NCBI GenBank assembly: GCA_043826435.1
Contig: JBDRQF010000007.1
Coordinates: 973 to 64,972, forward strand
Direction: 5' to 3'
Origin: Elusimicrobiota bacterium
GTDB lineage: Bacteria; Elusimicrobiota; Endomicrobiia; CG1-02-37-114; JAHJSO01
DNA: 64,000 bases
Shown here: positions 50,714 to 59,617 of the stretch, piece after piece
Layout of the letters: each line of letters begins with the position of its first letter
How positions within the stretch are numbered: position 1 is the first letter of the stretch
Notes under the pieces: generated by a model
The model's input: the letters and a program-made list of their open reading frames with translations, nothing else
Database searches by the model: none
Told to the model about the DNA's origin: nothing
Position numbers and translations under genes: made by a program

Positions 50714-51812
50714 CCCTTTTTTGCCCGGGTTCTGTTGACGGTTTAGCAGAGGGGGAGGCGGGTGTTGCAGGCGTTGCGGGTATTGCAGGCGAAACGCCGG
50801 GAACGGCGGGTATTGCAGGCGTTGCGGGTATTGCGGGTGAAACACCGGGGACGGCAGGCGTTGCGGGTGTTGCGGGCGAAACGCCCGGAATAGCAGGTAA
50901 ATCCTTCCCTTCTTTTGGTTTGCCTTTCAGTTTATTCTTAATGTCATTGATATACGTTCTGGCCGTGTCGGTGTATTTACTGCCGGGGTAAAGGGTGATG
51001 AAATCCGAGAAGTGTTCCTGGGATTCTTTATAGAATTTAGGACCCTTCCGATAGTAACTCTTTCCGAGAATAATGCGTGCATGAGGGGTCAGTATGCTGT
51101 TGGGCCGTTTAACGATGAACCTTCTCATCCTTTTTATCGCATCGTCGGGGTCATTTCTTTGATAGGAAATCGCAGCGAGTTTATATTCGCACAATTCTGC
51201 AAGCGGCGTATCGGGATTTTCGTTTGAGATTTCTTCAAACGTTTGTTGCGCGTTTTCCAGTTCACCGAGTGAAAGCTGTGTTTCTGCAAGGAAGAATTGC
51301 ATCTCCGCTGGGCCGACTACCATTAAACCCGACGTACCGGGAGGGCCCTGAGGACCTGTAAAGCCCCTTTCTCCCTGTGGACCCTGCGGTCCCGGTGGGC
51401 CCGGAGGGCCCTGAGGACCTGGCGCGCCCTGTGAACCATGGAGTCCCGGGTAGCCAATCGGTCCTTGCGGTCCCTGAGGGCCCGGGTCACCTTTTTCACC
51501 CTTTTCGCCCTGTGGCCCCGGGTCGCCTTTTTCACCTTTTAGTCCGAGCGATCCGATAGGTCCCTGCGGTCCTATTTCGCCCTTAGGCCCTTGAGGCCCG
51601 ATGGGGCCCTGAATTCCCTGTGAACCCTGGTCGCCTTTATCACCCTTATCGCCCTGGGGACCATGCGGTCCCTGCGGTCCAGCCGGCCCGACTTCACCCT
51701 TTAACTCTTGTTGTACATAAACACCTAATGGTTCAAGAAAAATCCGTCCTGCAATAATAAGCGAACCGACGATGAATACTAAAACCAGTGATTTTATATT
51801 TTTTTTCATCAT
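50676..51812 (-). CDS. Membrane-anchored collagen-like protein with BamD/YbgF-like TPR domain and Pro/Ala-rich repeat tail
   Basis: N-terminal TM; 41 uninterrupted Gly-X-Y triplets (about 51330-51698); TPR helices (NPDTPLA, YPGSKY); PGVSPA(T/I)PA(T/I)PA x3. Confidence 0.88.
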   Translation of the reverse strand: MMKKNIKSLVLVFIVGSLIIAGRIFLEPLGVYVQQELKGEVGPAGPQGPHGPQGDKGDKGDQGSQGIQGPIGPQGPKGEIGPQGPIGSLGLKGEKGDPGPQGEKGEKGDPGPQGPQGPIGYPGLHGSQGAPGPQGPPGPPGPQGPQGERGFTGPQGPPGTSGLMVVGPAEMQFFLAETQLSLGELENAQQTFEEISNENPDTPLAELCEYKLAAISYQRNDPDDAIKRMRRFIVKRPNSILTPHARIILGKSYYRKGPKFYKESQEHFSDFITLYPGSKYTDTARTYINDIKNKLKGKPKEGKDLPAIPGVSPATPATPAVPGVSPAIPATPAIPAVPGVSPAIPATPATPASPSAKPSTEPGQKRDDQREKGGQRKN

Positions 51813-51875
51813 ACCTTAACCCCCATTTGACCTGTCTTAATTCAACCCACCCATATTATAGCAAATTACGGGCTG

Positions 51876-53432
51876 CTACTTCCCAACGCAAAATTTTGAA
51901 AAAATCAGGTCCAGCATTTCCTCTGTCGTGGTTTCACCGATTATTTCGCCGAGACAATCAATCGCGGACCGGACATATATAACAACGAATTCGGGCGCAT
52001 GTTTATTGTGTAAGGCGGACAGCGCTTCTTCTAATTGTTTCGCCGCCTTAACGAGTGATTGTACCTGCCTGGCATTGGCGATTATAGAAGACGACGAAAT
52101 ATCCGGCGAACCCCCGGTGGAAACGCAGCCGCGGGGAGGATTTGATGTTTCCGCTGCGGGGCAGGTTGAAATTTTATAGATTGCATTTTCCAGTTCAGTA
52201 ATCCCTTCGCCCGATAATGCCGAACATTGCACGGTGCAGTCCGCTGAAATTTCCCTGCTGATTTTTTTGAAGATGTCCCCGCCACTTTTTGTAACGGGTT
52301 TTATGTCCGTTTTATTCAGAACGAGAATAACCTTTTCGGTGTTTGCGGCATTGATGAGTTTGGTTACGAGCTCGTCTTCTTCGGAAGCCCCCTGCGAGGC
52401 ATCCATCACGAACAGAACGATGTCCGATTTTTCTATTGCCGACTGCGTTCTTTCCGATGACAGGTATTCAAGGCGGGACGAATAGTGCGAACGAATCCCG
52501 GCCGTATCCATTATTGTTACGGGTATGCCGTTTAGATTGAATGTCTCTGAAACCACATCCCTTGTTGTACCCGGCTCGGATGTTACGATAGAGCGGTCCT
52601 CCGAAAGGATTGAATTCAGCAGACTGGATTTCCCAACGTTCGGCCTGCCTATAATTGAAACCCGGATGCCGTCCGTATAGACATTCGCTTTCTGTGATGC
52701 CTCAACGAGTTCCTGCAAATCCGTCCGTATGGACCGGATGGAGTTGAGGGTGTCCTGGGGGGTGGAAAATTGTATATCCTCTTCGGAATAATCCAGCGAT
52801 ACCTCCATGTCCGCAGTCAGGTTCAGGAGTTTGTTTCTGGTATCCTTTATTTTTTGTGAGAGGCGTCCTTTTATCCGGCTGGCAGCGATTGCGGCCGCCT
52901 TGTCGGTCCGCGCCCTTATAAGGTCGCAAACCGCCTCCGCCTGGGAGAGGTCTATCCTGCCGTTCATGAAAGCGCGTTTCGTGAATTCGCCCGGTTCAGC
53001 GATACGGGCGCCATGCTTCAGGCATAACTCAAGAATTTTTTTCAGGACGCCCTGCCCACCGTGGCAATTAATTTCAACGATGTGTTCCCTGGTATAGGTG
53101 CGTGGCGCATGCATTACGGTCAGCAGGACCTCGTCAATGACGGAAGATGAGCCGTTGGTATTTTCAACAATCCATCCGTAATGAATCGTATGGGATAGGA
53201 AACCGGACGGCCTTTCCGGTGATGAGCATGTTTCCGGCGAAAATTCCTGGTTTTGCGCATTATGTGTGTCCTGTGAGGGCTGTGAATCCACGGTATGTTT
53301 TATCTGGAAGATTTTGTCTGCAATGGACAACGAGGAACCACCACTCAGACGCACAATGCCTATACCTCCCTCCCCGGCGGGAGGCGTTGATATAGCCGCT
53401 ATTGTGTCATCATGAATGTTTTTTGTCGCCAT
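51876..53432 (-). CDS. mnmE: tRNA modification GTPase MnmE
   Basis: DTIAAISTP, EINCHGG, GEFTKRAFMNGRIDLSQAEA, GRPNVGKSS, GTTRD, DTAG, NKTD, FCVGK. Confidence 0.98.
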   Translation of the reverse strand: MATKNIHDDTIAAISTPPAGEGGIGIVRLSGGSSLSIADKIFQIKHTVDSQPSQDTHNAQNQEFSPETCSSPERPSGFLSHTIHYGWIVENTNGSSSVIDEVLLTVMHAPRTYTREHIVEINCHGGQGVLKKILELCLKHGARIAEPGEFTKRAFMNGRIDLSQAEAVCDLIRARTDKAAAIAASRIKGRLSQKIKDTRNKLLNLTADMEVSLDYSEEDIQFSTPQDTLNSIRSIRTDLQELVEASQKANVYTDGIRVSIIGRPNVGKSSLLNSILSEDRSIVTSEPGTTRDVVSETFNLNGIPVTIMDTAGIRSHYSSRLEYLSSERTQSAIEKSDIVLFVMDASQGASEEDELVTKLINAANTEKVILVLNKTDIKPVTKSGGDIFKKISREISADCTVQCSALSGEGITELENAIYKISTCPAAETSNPPRGCVSTGGSPDISSSSIIANARQVQSLVKAAKQLEEALSALHNKHAPEFVVIYVRSAIDCLGEIIGETTTEEMLDLIFSKFCVGK

Positions 53433-54198
53433 GTTTTTTTCTTATAACGACCCTTCTTTCTATGCTCTCGCCTTCGGATACGGACTCAAACTCCACGGAG
53501 TCCTGTATGACCAGATGAATAAGACGGCGTTCGCGCGGCGTCATCGGGTTAAACCTGTACGGTTTGCCGGTTCTCCCGACAATCTCCATCACCTTGTTTG
53601 TTTCTTCTACGATTTTTTCGTCGTGGTGCAGCCTGTAACGGTTTATGTCAAGGGATATCCTGGGTATAGAAGGTATGCTGATTTTGTCTTTGAACTGGCG
53701 TATAAGAATCGTCTGTAATATCGTTGCAAGCGCGGACAGGGTCCTGCCGTTCCGCCCTATCAACAGCGAGGCGATATCAGGTTCAGTGAAAGTAATTTCA
53801 ATTTTCAGAACGCCTTCTGACGGCTCAACCGATATTGAAGGTTTCTCCGGAGTTATTTTCATATTCCTTATAATTTCCGAGGCATGATGAATCAGCAATT
53901 TTTCAATCTCTTTCATTACCTTGTCGTCAGGGGGCTGCGGCATGGAGTCATGCGCCGGTAAGGGTTCTGTACCGGCGACTGGCGACCCATGGGGCTCCGT
54001 GCCTTTTAACTGGAGACGCACCCTTGCCGGTTTTGCGCCCCTCAGCCCGAACAGTCCCGAGGTGCCCTCGTCCAGAATTTTTACATCAACCGATTCCTTG
54101 CCGACGTTGAGAGCCTCAAGCCCCTTCAGTATCGCGGACTCTACATTTTTGGCTTCAACCTCAATTGATTGTTTATCTGTTGCTTCATTTTTTTTCAC
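53410..54198 (-). CDS. jag: Jag/EloR (KhpB) RNA-binding protein
   Basis: N-terminal Jag_N (GLFGLRGAKPARV), KH (LIGRNGRTL), R3H (PMTPRERRLIH). Confidence 0.93.
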   Translation of the reverse strand: MKKNEATDKQSIEVEAKNVESAILKGLEALNVGKESVDVKILDEGTSGLFGLRGAKPARVRLQLKGTEPHGSPVAGTEPLPAHDSMPQPPDDKVMKEIEKLLIHHASEIIRNMKITPEKPSISVEPSEGVLKIEITFTEPDIASLLIGRNGRTLSALATILQTILIRQFKDKISIPSIPRISLDINRYRLHHDEKIVEETNKVMEIVGRTGKPYRFNPMTPRERRLIHLVIQDSVEFESVSEGESIERRVVIRKKHGDKKHS

Positions 54199-55898
54199 TG
54201 TGCTTCCTCCTTTAAAATTTCCCGTGTTGTAATATGTGTTTCCGGCTTACTCTTGAAAAGGGACGTCTGGGCCAATATACTGAATATACTGTTTATTGTC
54301 CAGTAGAGTACAAGCCCGCTTGAAAAATTCCAGAAGATGAAAGTGAACATTACGGGCATAAGGTATGTCATTGTTTTTTGCGTTGAGTCCGTCCCCATGC
54401 CGGACAACCTCTGCTGGAAGTACATTGCGGCGCCCATGAGTAACGGCAGGACCCGGATAGGCAGCCCGCTTACTGTGAGGAGTAAATCCGGGGAAGACAG
54501 GTCCTTTATCCATAAGATAAAAGGCGCCATTCTGAGTTCATAGGCGTTGTTAAGCGTTGTGAAGAGCGCCCAGAAAATAGGTATTTGCAATATCATCGGG
54601 AGGCATCCGCCCAGAGGGTTCACCTTATGACTGCGGTATAGATTGAGCATCTCGGCGCTTAGCCGGCGCTGGTCCGTCTTGTACTTTTCCTGGAGTTCTT
54701 TCATTTTCGGTTGCAGCGACCTCATTGCGGCTGACGCCTTGAAACTTTTTATTGTAAGGGGTAGCAGTACAATCTGGAGTATTATTGTAAGGATTATTAT
54801 AGCCATGCCGTAGTTGCCGGTTATGTTGTACAGGAAAAGGAGCCCGTTAAACGCCAGCACTGACAGGGGGCTGAATAGCCCGAAATCAATTATCTTTTCC
54901 AGCCCGCCGCCAAGGGGTTTTAATTTATTGTATTGCTTCGGACCCAGGTAAAAAGGGACAGACAGGGAGGTTTTTCCCGGCGGAGACAAGACGTCTGCGG
55001 ACAAACTAACCTCATTAAGTTTGCTCGGGGACACATTGTCCTCAACGGATATACCAAAAGGCGAATCCTCAAGGTTTAACATAATGCAGAAGTATCTATT
55101 GTGGATTCCCGCCCATAAAAAACTGCGCCCCGCATAATCGCCTTTTTTGAGTTTTGAGGAGGCATATGTTTTGCCCCGCGATTCTATGCCTATTGGTTTT
55201 GTAGCGGATAATTCCTGTTTTGCCCTGCTTGTGTCGCAACCGATGCCGGGCCCCAATGATACCACCTGTTCAATCCTTTTCGCTTTATTTCCCGTGTTTT
55301 TTATTTCAATGTCAAGTTTGTGGTAGTTGCTTTCATTCAGCGTAAATTTTTTCATGACAACGATATTTTTATCAAGGTTGCCTGAAAAGGTTACTTCACC
55401 GGGAGCGGAGGAAACGAGCCGGAAATCAATATCCGGGGACGTGGCGAAGAATACTCCTGTATCCATAACAAGGTCGGTGCATAATTCCGGGGCCTTTTCT
55501 TCCTTAAGGACCCAGTGGATTATTGTTGCGTTGTGCGTATCAAATACAGCCCGGAATGTTTTTGTTTCAACCGTAAATTCCTGCGGAACCACTGTTGCCA
55601 TTGTGTCCCGCTTAGAGGCATGCCTGGTGCCACGGACCGGGGAGTGTCCGGTGTCCTGCCTTGCGGTACGGATGTCCGCCGGGTGTTCCGCCGTCTTTTT
55701 GCCGGCAGCGTCACCGTTAATGTTCTGGCCGTTTTTCCCGAGTTCAACCCGGGCGTCCGCTGGCTGGGATGTCTGGGATTGTGTTGATGAAGGTGCCGGC
55801 TGTTTAAATAAAGGGGTATGCCGCGGGGCGGTAATAACCCACCACAAAACAATTACAATAACGGACAACAATGTTGCAGTAAGGACGCGTTTTTCCAT
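54195..55898 (-). CDS. yidC: Membrane protein insertase YidC
   Basis: YLGPKQY, IIDFG, GNYGMAIIILT, GGCLPMILQIPIF, WIKDLSSPD, GLVLYW. Confidence 0.97.
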   Translation of the reverse strand: MEKRVLTATLLSVIVIVLWWVITAPRHTPLFKQPAPSSTQSQTSQPADARVELGKNGQNINGDAAGKKTAEHPADIRTARQDTGHSPVRGTRHASKRDTMATVVPQEFTVETKTFRAVFDTHNATIIHWVLKEEKAPELCTDLVMDTGVFFATSPDIDFRLVSSAPGEVTFSGNLDKNIVVMKKFTLNESNYHKLDIEIKNTGNKAKRIEQVVSLGPGIGCDTSRAKQELSATKPIGIESRGKTYASSKLKKGDYAGRSFLWAGIHNRYFCIMLNLEDSPFGISVEDNVSPSKLNEVSLSADVLSPPGKTSLSVPFYLGPKQYNKLKPLGGGLEKIIDFGLFSPLSVLAFNGLLFLYNITGNYGMAIIILTIILQIVLLPLTIKSFKASAAMRSLQPKMKELQEKYKTDQRRLSAEMLNLYRSHKVNPLGGCLPMILQIPIFWALFTTLNNAYELRMAPFILWIKDLSSPDLLLTVSGLPIRVLPLLMGAAMYFQQRLSGMGTDSTQKTMTYLMPVMFTFIFWNFSSGLVLYWTINSIFSILAQTSLFKSKPETHITTREILKEEAQ

Positions 55899-55940
55899 AG
55901 GTCAGCAAAATTAATCAAACCCGTTATAAATATGGTTTTC

Positions 55941-56192
55941 TTACATCTTACGGGTATCAGGTGGGTCAAACCCGCCTTCAGAGAATGGGTGGCACCTTAT
56001 CACTCTTCTCAACCCTAACATCAGTCCTTTTATCGCCCCGAAAGAGTCAACCGCCTGATAAGTATATTCAGAACAGGTTGGGGTGAATCTACACCCGGCG
56101 GAAATCCCCGTAAGGGCGTGTACCCCTCCGGCCAGAACACCGGAGATTATTCTGTATAAAGAAATAATTTTTAAAACAATTAACCTTATCAT
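55941..56192 (-). CDS. yidD: Membrane protein insertion efficiency factor YidD
   Basis: [22 protein letters not shown]. Confidence 0.95.
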   Translation of the reverse strand: MIRLIVLKIISLYRIISGVLAGGVHALTGISAGCRFTPTCSEYTYQAVDSFGAIKGLMLGLRRVIRCHPFSEGGFDPPDTRKM

Positions 56193-56626
56193 TGTTCAAA
56201 ATGTTTTGCCGTTACCGGCCCGGCACCTGCTGTTACGTTATGCTTCAGAACACCCGCTCTTTTCCACATGTCCAGAACGACTCTATTCAGGGAGTGAAAA
56301 TCCAGCGGGACTGCCCCTATCCTGGGCAGAAAAACAATGTCAAGACAGGGCGACAGGTACATTTTATTCAGCCGGATAATCTCCCTGAGCAGTCGTTTTA
56401 TTCTGTTACGCTTTGAGGCGTTCCCCAGTTTTTTTGTGACGACAATGCCGAACCGTGAAGCGGAGTCGGTTATCTTAATGCCAGCGGGGGTACGGACGGG
56501 ACGGTCGACAGAAAACATTATCAAAGCGGGGTGTTTAAAGACACGCCCTTTATTAAAGACCCTTTTTATATCCTTATTGAGACGTAGTCGCTCATGCTTT
56601 CTAAAAGTAAGTTTAGGTATGCTCAC
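56189..56626 (-). CDS. rnpA: Ribonuclease P protein component
   Basis: [32 protein letters not shown] (RNR motif). Confidence 0.95.
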   Translation of the reverse strand: MSIPKLTFRKHERLRLNKDIKRVFNKGRVFKHPALIMFSVDRPVRTPAGIKITDSASRFGIVVTKKLGNASKRNRIKRLLREIIRLNKMYLSPCLDIVFLPRIGAVPLDFHSLNRVVLDMWKRAGVLKHNVTAGAGPVTAKHFEQ

Positions 56627-56703
56627 TTTTCAGTTGTTCCGGAGCGCTCACATATCGCGCACGCCGATCCCCTGCGACTCATCCCACCGCCAGGCCAAGC
56701 AAA

Positions 56704-56841
56704 TCAGGCGCTTAATTTCCAGCGGCCTTTCTGACGCCTTCTCTTGATAGTCATTCTCCCTCCATGTTTTTTCATCCTTGAAAGGAATCCCATGACCCTT
56801 TTTCTGCGTCTGATATTCGGCTGAAAGGTATTTTTAGGCAT
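56704..56841 (-). CDS. rpmH: 50S ribosomal protein L34 (missing from ORF track)
   Basis: [45 protein letters not shown] (45 aa). Confidence 0.95.
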   Translation of the reverse strand: MPKNTFQPNIRRRKRVMGFLSRMKKHGGRMTIKRRRQKGRWKLSA

Positions 56842-56846
56842 AACCC

Positions 56847-56875
56847 ATTATACAAATTAAAGGTACGAATGTCAA
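56847..56875 (-). promoter_or_regulatory. Perfect consensus promoter of rpmH (leaderless)
   Basis: TTGACA-N17-TATAAT, 5 nt (gggtt), then ATG. Confidence 0.85.
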
Positions 56876-56897
56876 GGTTACAGTCAAGGTTCCCGTA

Positions 56898-56926
56898 TTG
56901 ACAATCGTCCGGCAATTTTGTAGAAT
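56898..56926 (+). promoter_or_regulatory. Sigma70 promoter of the DUF3786/tRNA unit
   Basis: TTGACA-N17-TAGAAT. Confidence 0.72.
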
Positions 56927-56997
56927 ATCGTCAGGAAGAAATACGGCGGGTCAAAAAGAGCGAAACCCCGGGTTAATGCACACGCAGACGAACAAAC

Positions 56998-57549
56998 ATG
57001 GCTTATGAACTGGCGAAGACAAAAGCATTTTTGGGGATTAAAAAAGTTTCCGCTGAAAAACAATTCCGTTTGGCTTTTATGGCCGATGAATATGAAGTAA
57101 ACATGGAGAACGAAACGGTTCTGTCCGTGTCCTGTAATGCGGCTGCGCCCGACCATATTGTGTTACTGCTTCTGCACTACCTGAAGAAAAAGATTGAGGG
57201 GCTGCCGAGATTACAAAACGAGTGGATTAATTTCCGCCAGTTGCAGGGCGGCGACGGGTATTATCCCGTTTTTTATAAACGCGTAATAGAACCGGTTAAA
57301 AAGAAATACGGCAATTCGGTTGAAGGGTTTTTAGCCGGTATGGAGAAGTTCAATGCGAGGAAGTCGGACTACGGACAAAACAGCGTTATTATAGAGCCGT
57401 TTGAACGGGTGCCCGTGCTGGTAGCCCTGTGGCCGAAGACGGAAGAATTTTCCAGTGAAGCCAATGTCCTGTTTGACAGGTCAATAGAGCGGATACTTGA
57501 TACGGAGAACGTTGTAATTCTTGCGGAAGTTATTGCTCATTTTATGTAG
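56998..57549 (+). CDS. DUF3786-like protein
   Basis: LLHYL, WINFRQLQGGDGYYPVF, EPFERVPVLVALW, EANVLFD. Confidence 0.75.
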   Translation: MAYELAKTKAFLGIKKVSAEKQFRLAFMADEYEVNMENETVLSVSCNAAAPDHIVLLLLHYLKKKIEGLPRLQNEWINFRQLQGGDGYYPVFYKRVIEPVKKKYGNSVEGFLAGMEKFNARKSDYGQNSVIIEPFERVPVLVALWPKTEEFSSEANVLFDRSIERILDTENVVILAEVIAHFM

Positions 57550-57575
57550 ATTTTATCAAAGGATGTATAAAAGGC

Positions 57576-57650
57576 GGCCCCATCGACTAGTGGTTAGGTC
57601 GGCGGCCTCTCAAGCCGTAAACACGGGTTCGAATCCCGTTGGGGCCACCA
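57576..57650 (+). tRNA. tRNA-Glu (anticodon CTC)
   Basis: GGCCCCA/TGGGGCC acceptor stem, D-arm GACTAGTGGTTAGGTC, anticodon arm GCGGC-CTCTCAA-GCCGT, T-arm ACGGG-TTCGAAT-CCCGT, encoded CCA. Confidence 0.97.
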
Positions 57651-57659
57651 AAACTTATC

Positions 57660-58919
57660 CTACCATCTCGGTTCCTTCAGTTTACAGGAGAGCAGTTCCG
57701 AATTGCGGTATTCCTTCTTGGAGTGTTTCCCCTTGACAGTGATTAGAATTAAACCCGTGTCAGGCGCATAATACTCATATTTGAACGTGCCGGGAATCGC
57801 AAGGTCCTCATATCTGATTTTCAAACAGTCATCAAAGACGCCTGCCTTGGCCGTTATGGACGCTCTGTTATCCACGATTGTCGCCCGGATTTTTCTGCCG
57901 TCGCGTTCGGTTACCCATGTGTTGCCTGTTTCAAACGGGTATTTAAGCAGGACCGTGTATTGTGAAGACGTGGTGTCCGCCGAGGCGTATTCCCTCAGTT
58001 CAATACTGCTTTCGGTGTAGTATCTTATTACGGCGCTTACAGGTTTCCTGCCGGCAAAATATTTTTTCGTGATTTTAAAAACACCCTGCCGGGAAGCCCC
58101 CGTGGATTCGCTGCAGTGCCACTCTACCTGCATGTTTTTGCCGCCTGTTTCAGAATCCCCCTCCACCCATAAGTTGTCGTTCACCAGCGGGAAATAGTCG
58201 GGGCTGTTAAAGATTGCCGCCTTCGCCTTGTGGACAATCTGCGTCGCTTCGGGGTATTTTTTTATAAGTTCAAAAAATATATCGGTGCTCTTTGCGTATA
58301 GTTTGAATTTTATCTGACATAACTTCCCTGCGCGGTAGAGAGATTCTACTGCCGATGGATGGTCCGGGTTTGTTTCGGCGATGCGCAGATATTTCATCAG
58401 GGCTTCGTTGTATTGGCCCTTTTTTTCAAGGGCTTTTGCCCGGTTGAACTGGTAGTTCGGGCCGCAGGCGGTCAGATAAAAACAGCATAATACAAGGAGG
58501 CTGAAAAGAGCTGGGCCGTTGGCCGGTTTAATTTTCCACTTTTTTCTTATTTTTATTGCCGTCAGGGCGAGCAGGATGCCGGCGGAATCAAAAAACACGT
58601 CCCGTGCCGACGGGATTCTGCCTGGAACGAAATACTGGTGGTATTCGTCGGAAACGGCATACAGGAAACTCAGAAAGAATGCCCAGAAACTCACGGATAA
58701 AACGGTTCCCTCCCTCTTACCGACACTCCCGTCAAGTGCGCGGTACATGAACGCCCCGAGTAAGCCGAATTCAAAAATATGTGCCATCTTTCTCAGTATC
58801 AAATCCCATACACCGATTGATTCAATTTTTAAGTCCGGGATGCCCGACAAGAAATAAATCACCCCGCACCACAAAATAACAGGAGACCACAGCGAGGAAT
58901 ATCTAATGAAGGGTTTCAT
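57660..58919 (-). CDS. VanZ-like membrane domain fused to a TPR-containing lipoprotein-like domain
   Basis: RKMAHIFEFGLL, YAVSDEYHQYFVPGR..DV (VanZ); internal lipobox-like LTAC; TPR helices; C-terminal beta domain (LKYPFETGNTW, YYAPDTGLI). Confidence 0.75.
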   Translation of the reverse strand: MKPFIRYSSLWSPVILWCGVIYFLSGIPDLKIESIGVWDLILRKMAHIFEFGLLGAFMYRALDGSVGKREGTVLSVSFWAFFLSFLYAVSDEYHQYFVPGRIPSARDVFFDSAGILLALTAIKIRKKWKIKPANGPALFSLLVLCCFYLTACGPNYQFNRAKALEKKGQYNEALMKYLRIAETNPDHPSAVESLYRAGKLCQIKFKLYAKSTDIFFELIKKYPEATQIVHKAKAAIFNSPDYFPLVNDNLWVEGDSETGGKNMQVEWHCSESTGASRQGVFKITKKYFAGRKPVSAVIRYYTESSIELREYASADTTSSQYTVLLKYPFETGNTWVTERDGRKIRATIVDNRASITAKAGVFDDCLKIRYEDLAIPGTFKYEYYAPDTGLILITVKGKHSKKEYRNSELLSCKLKEPRW

Positions 58920-59590
58920 ATTATGTCGTTCTCCTTAAAACTGTAATAATCGTTTTCTGTTACGACTATGTGGTCAACAATCTCTATCCCGAGAATTTTT
59001 CCTGATTCAATAAGACGGGACGTAAGTTCCCTGTCGTCATTGGACGGGTTGGCGTTGCCTGACGGGTGGTTGTGGCTTAAGACAATGCTGCAGGCCCTGT
59101 GTTCAAGGGCAGGGGCGAATACCTCCCTCGGGTGGACCAGCGATGCGTCCAGTATGCCTATTGATATGAACTCCCTGTGCAGGAGTTCGTTCCGCGCATT
59201 AAGATAAAGGGCCACAAAGTGTTCTTTTTTTCTGGCGCGGATTTCATTTATCTGTGCGATAGATTCTTTCGGGTTTGAAATGACTATCCTGTTTGAATTG
59301 TTCATCAGCCGTTTTGCAAGTTCATAGCCAGCCAGGATTGTCGCTGCCTTTGACCTGCCCAGTCCCTTTATTTTGCTAAGATGACTGTATGACATTTCAA
59401 AGAGGGATTTTTCCGGATATTTTTTGAACAGATACTGGGAGAGTGGTTCAACACCCCTGCCCTTGTAGCCGGTGCGGAGCAACAGGGCGAGCAATTCGGC
59501 ATTTTGAAGCCCTGCAGGACCTAACCGTTCAAGTTTTTCCCTCGGTCGTTCTTTCATTTTCAGCAGTCCCAGGCCGGCGTGCGAATTCAT
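58916..59590 (-). CDS. radC: RadC family (JAB/MPN) protein
   Basis: RPREKL, ELLALLL, HPREVF, HNHPSG, DHIVV. Confidence 0.96.
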   Translation of the reverse strand: MNSHAGLGLLKMKERPREKLERLGPAGLQNAELLALLLRTGYKGRGVEPLSQYLFKKYPEKSLFEMSYSHLSKIKGLGRSKAATILAGYELAKRLMNNSNRIVISNPKESIAQINEIRARKKEHFVALYLNARNELLHREFISIGILDASLVHPREVFAPALEHRACSIVLSHNHPSGNANPSNDDRELTSRLIESGKILGIEIVDHIVVTENDYYSFKENDII

Positions 59591-59617
59591 GGCGTTTCCG
59601 CACCTTCCCGTCCCGTT

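Noticed and set aside
50714-50845. RsmA N-terminal extension ([14 protein letters not shown]...) in the ORF track
   Set aside because: It is the alternate-frame reading of the collagen gene's Pro/Ala repeats; ATG 50713 gives a normal-length RsmA
56871-56891. GTCAAGGTT x2 between the divergent rpmH and DUF3786 promoters
   Set aside because: One copy is the rpmH -35 box itself; too short to call an operator
57576-57660. tRNA-Glu as a prophage or island attachment site
   Set aside because: No integrase, no duplicated tRNA 3' end in the window, and flanking genes have core-like composition
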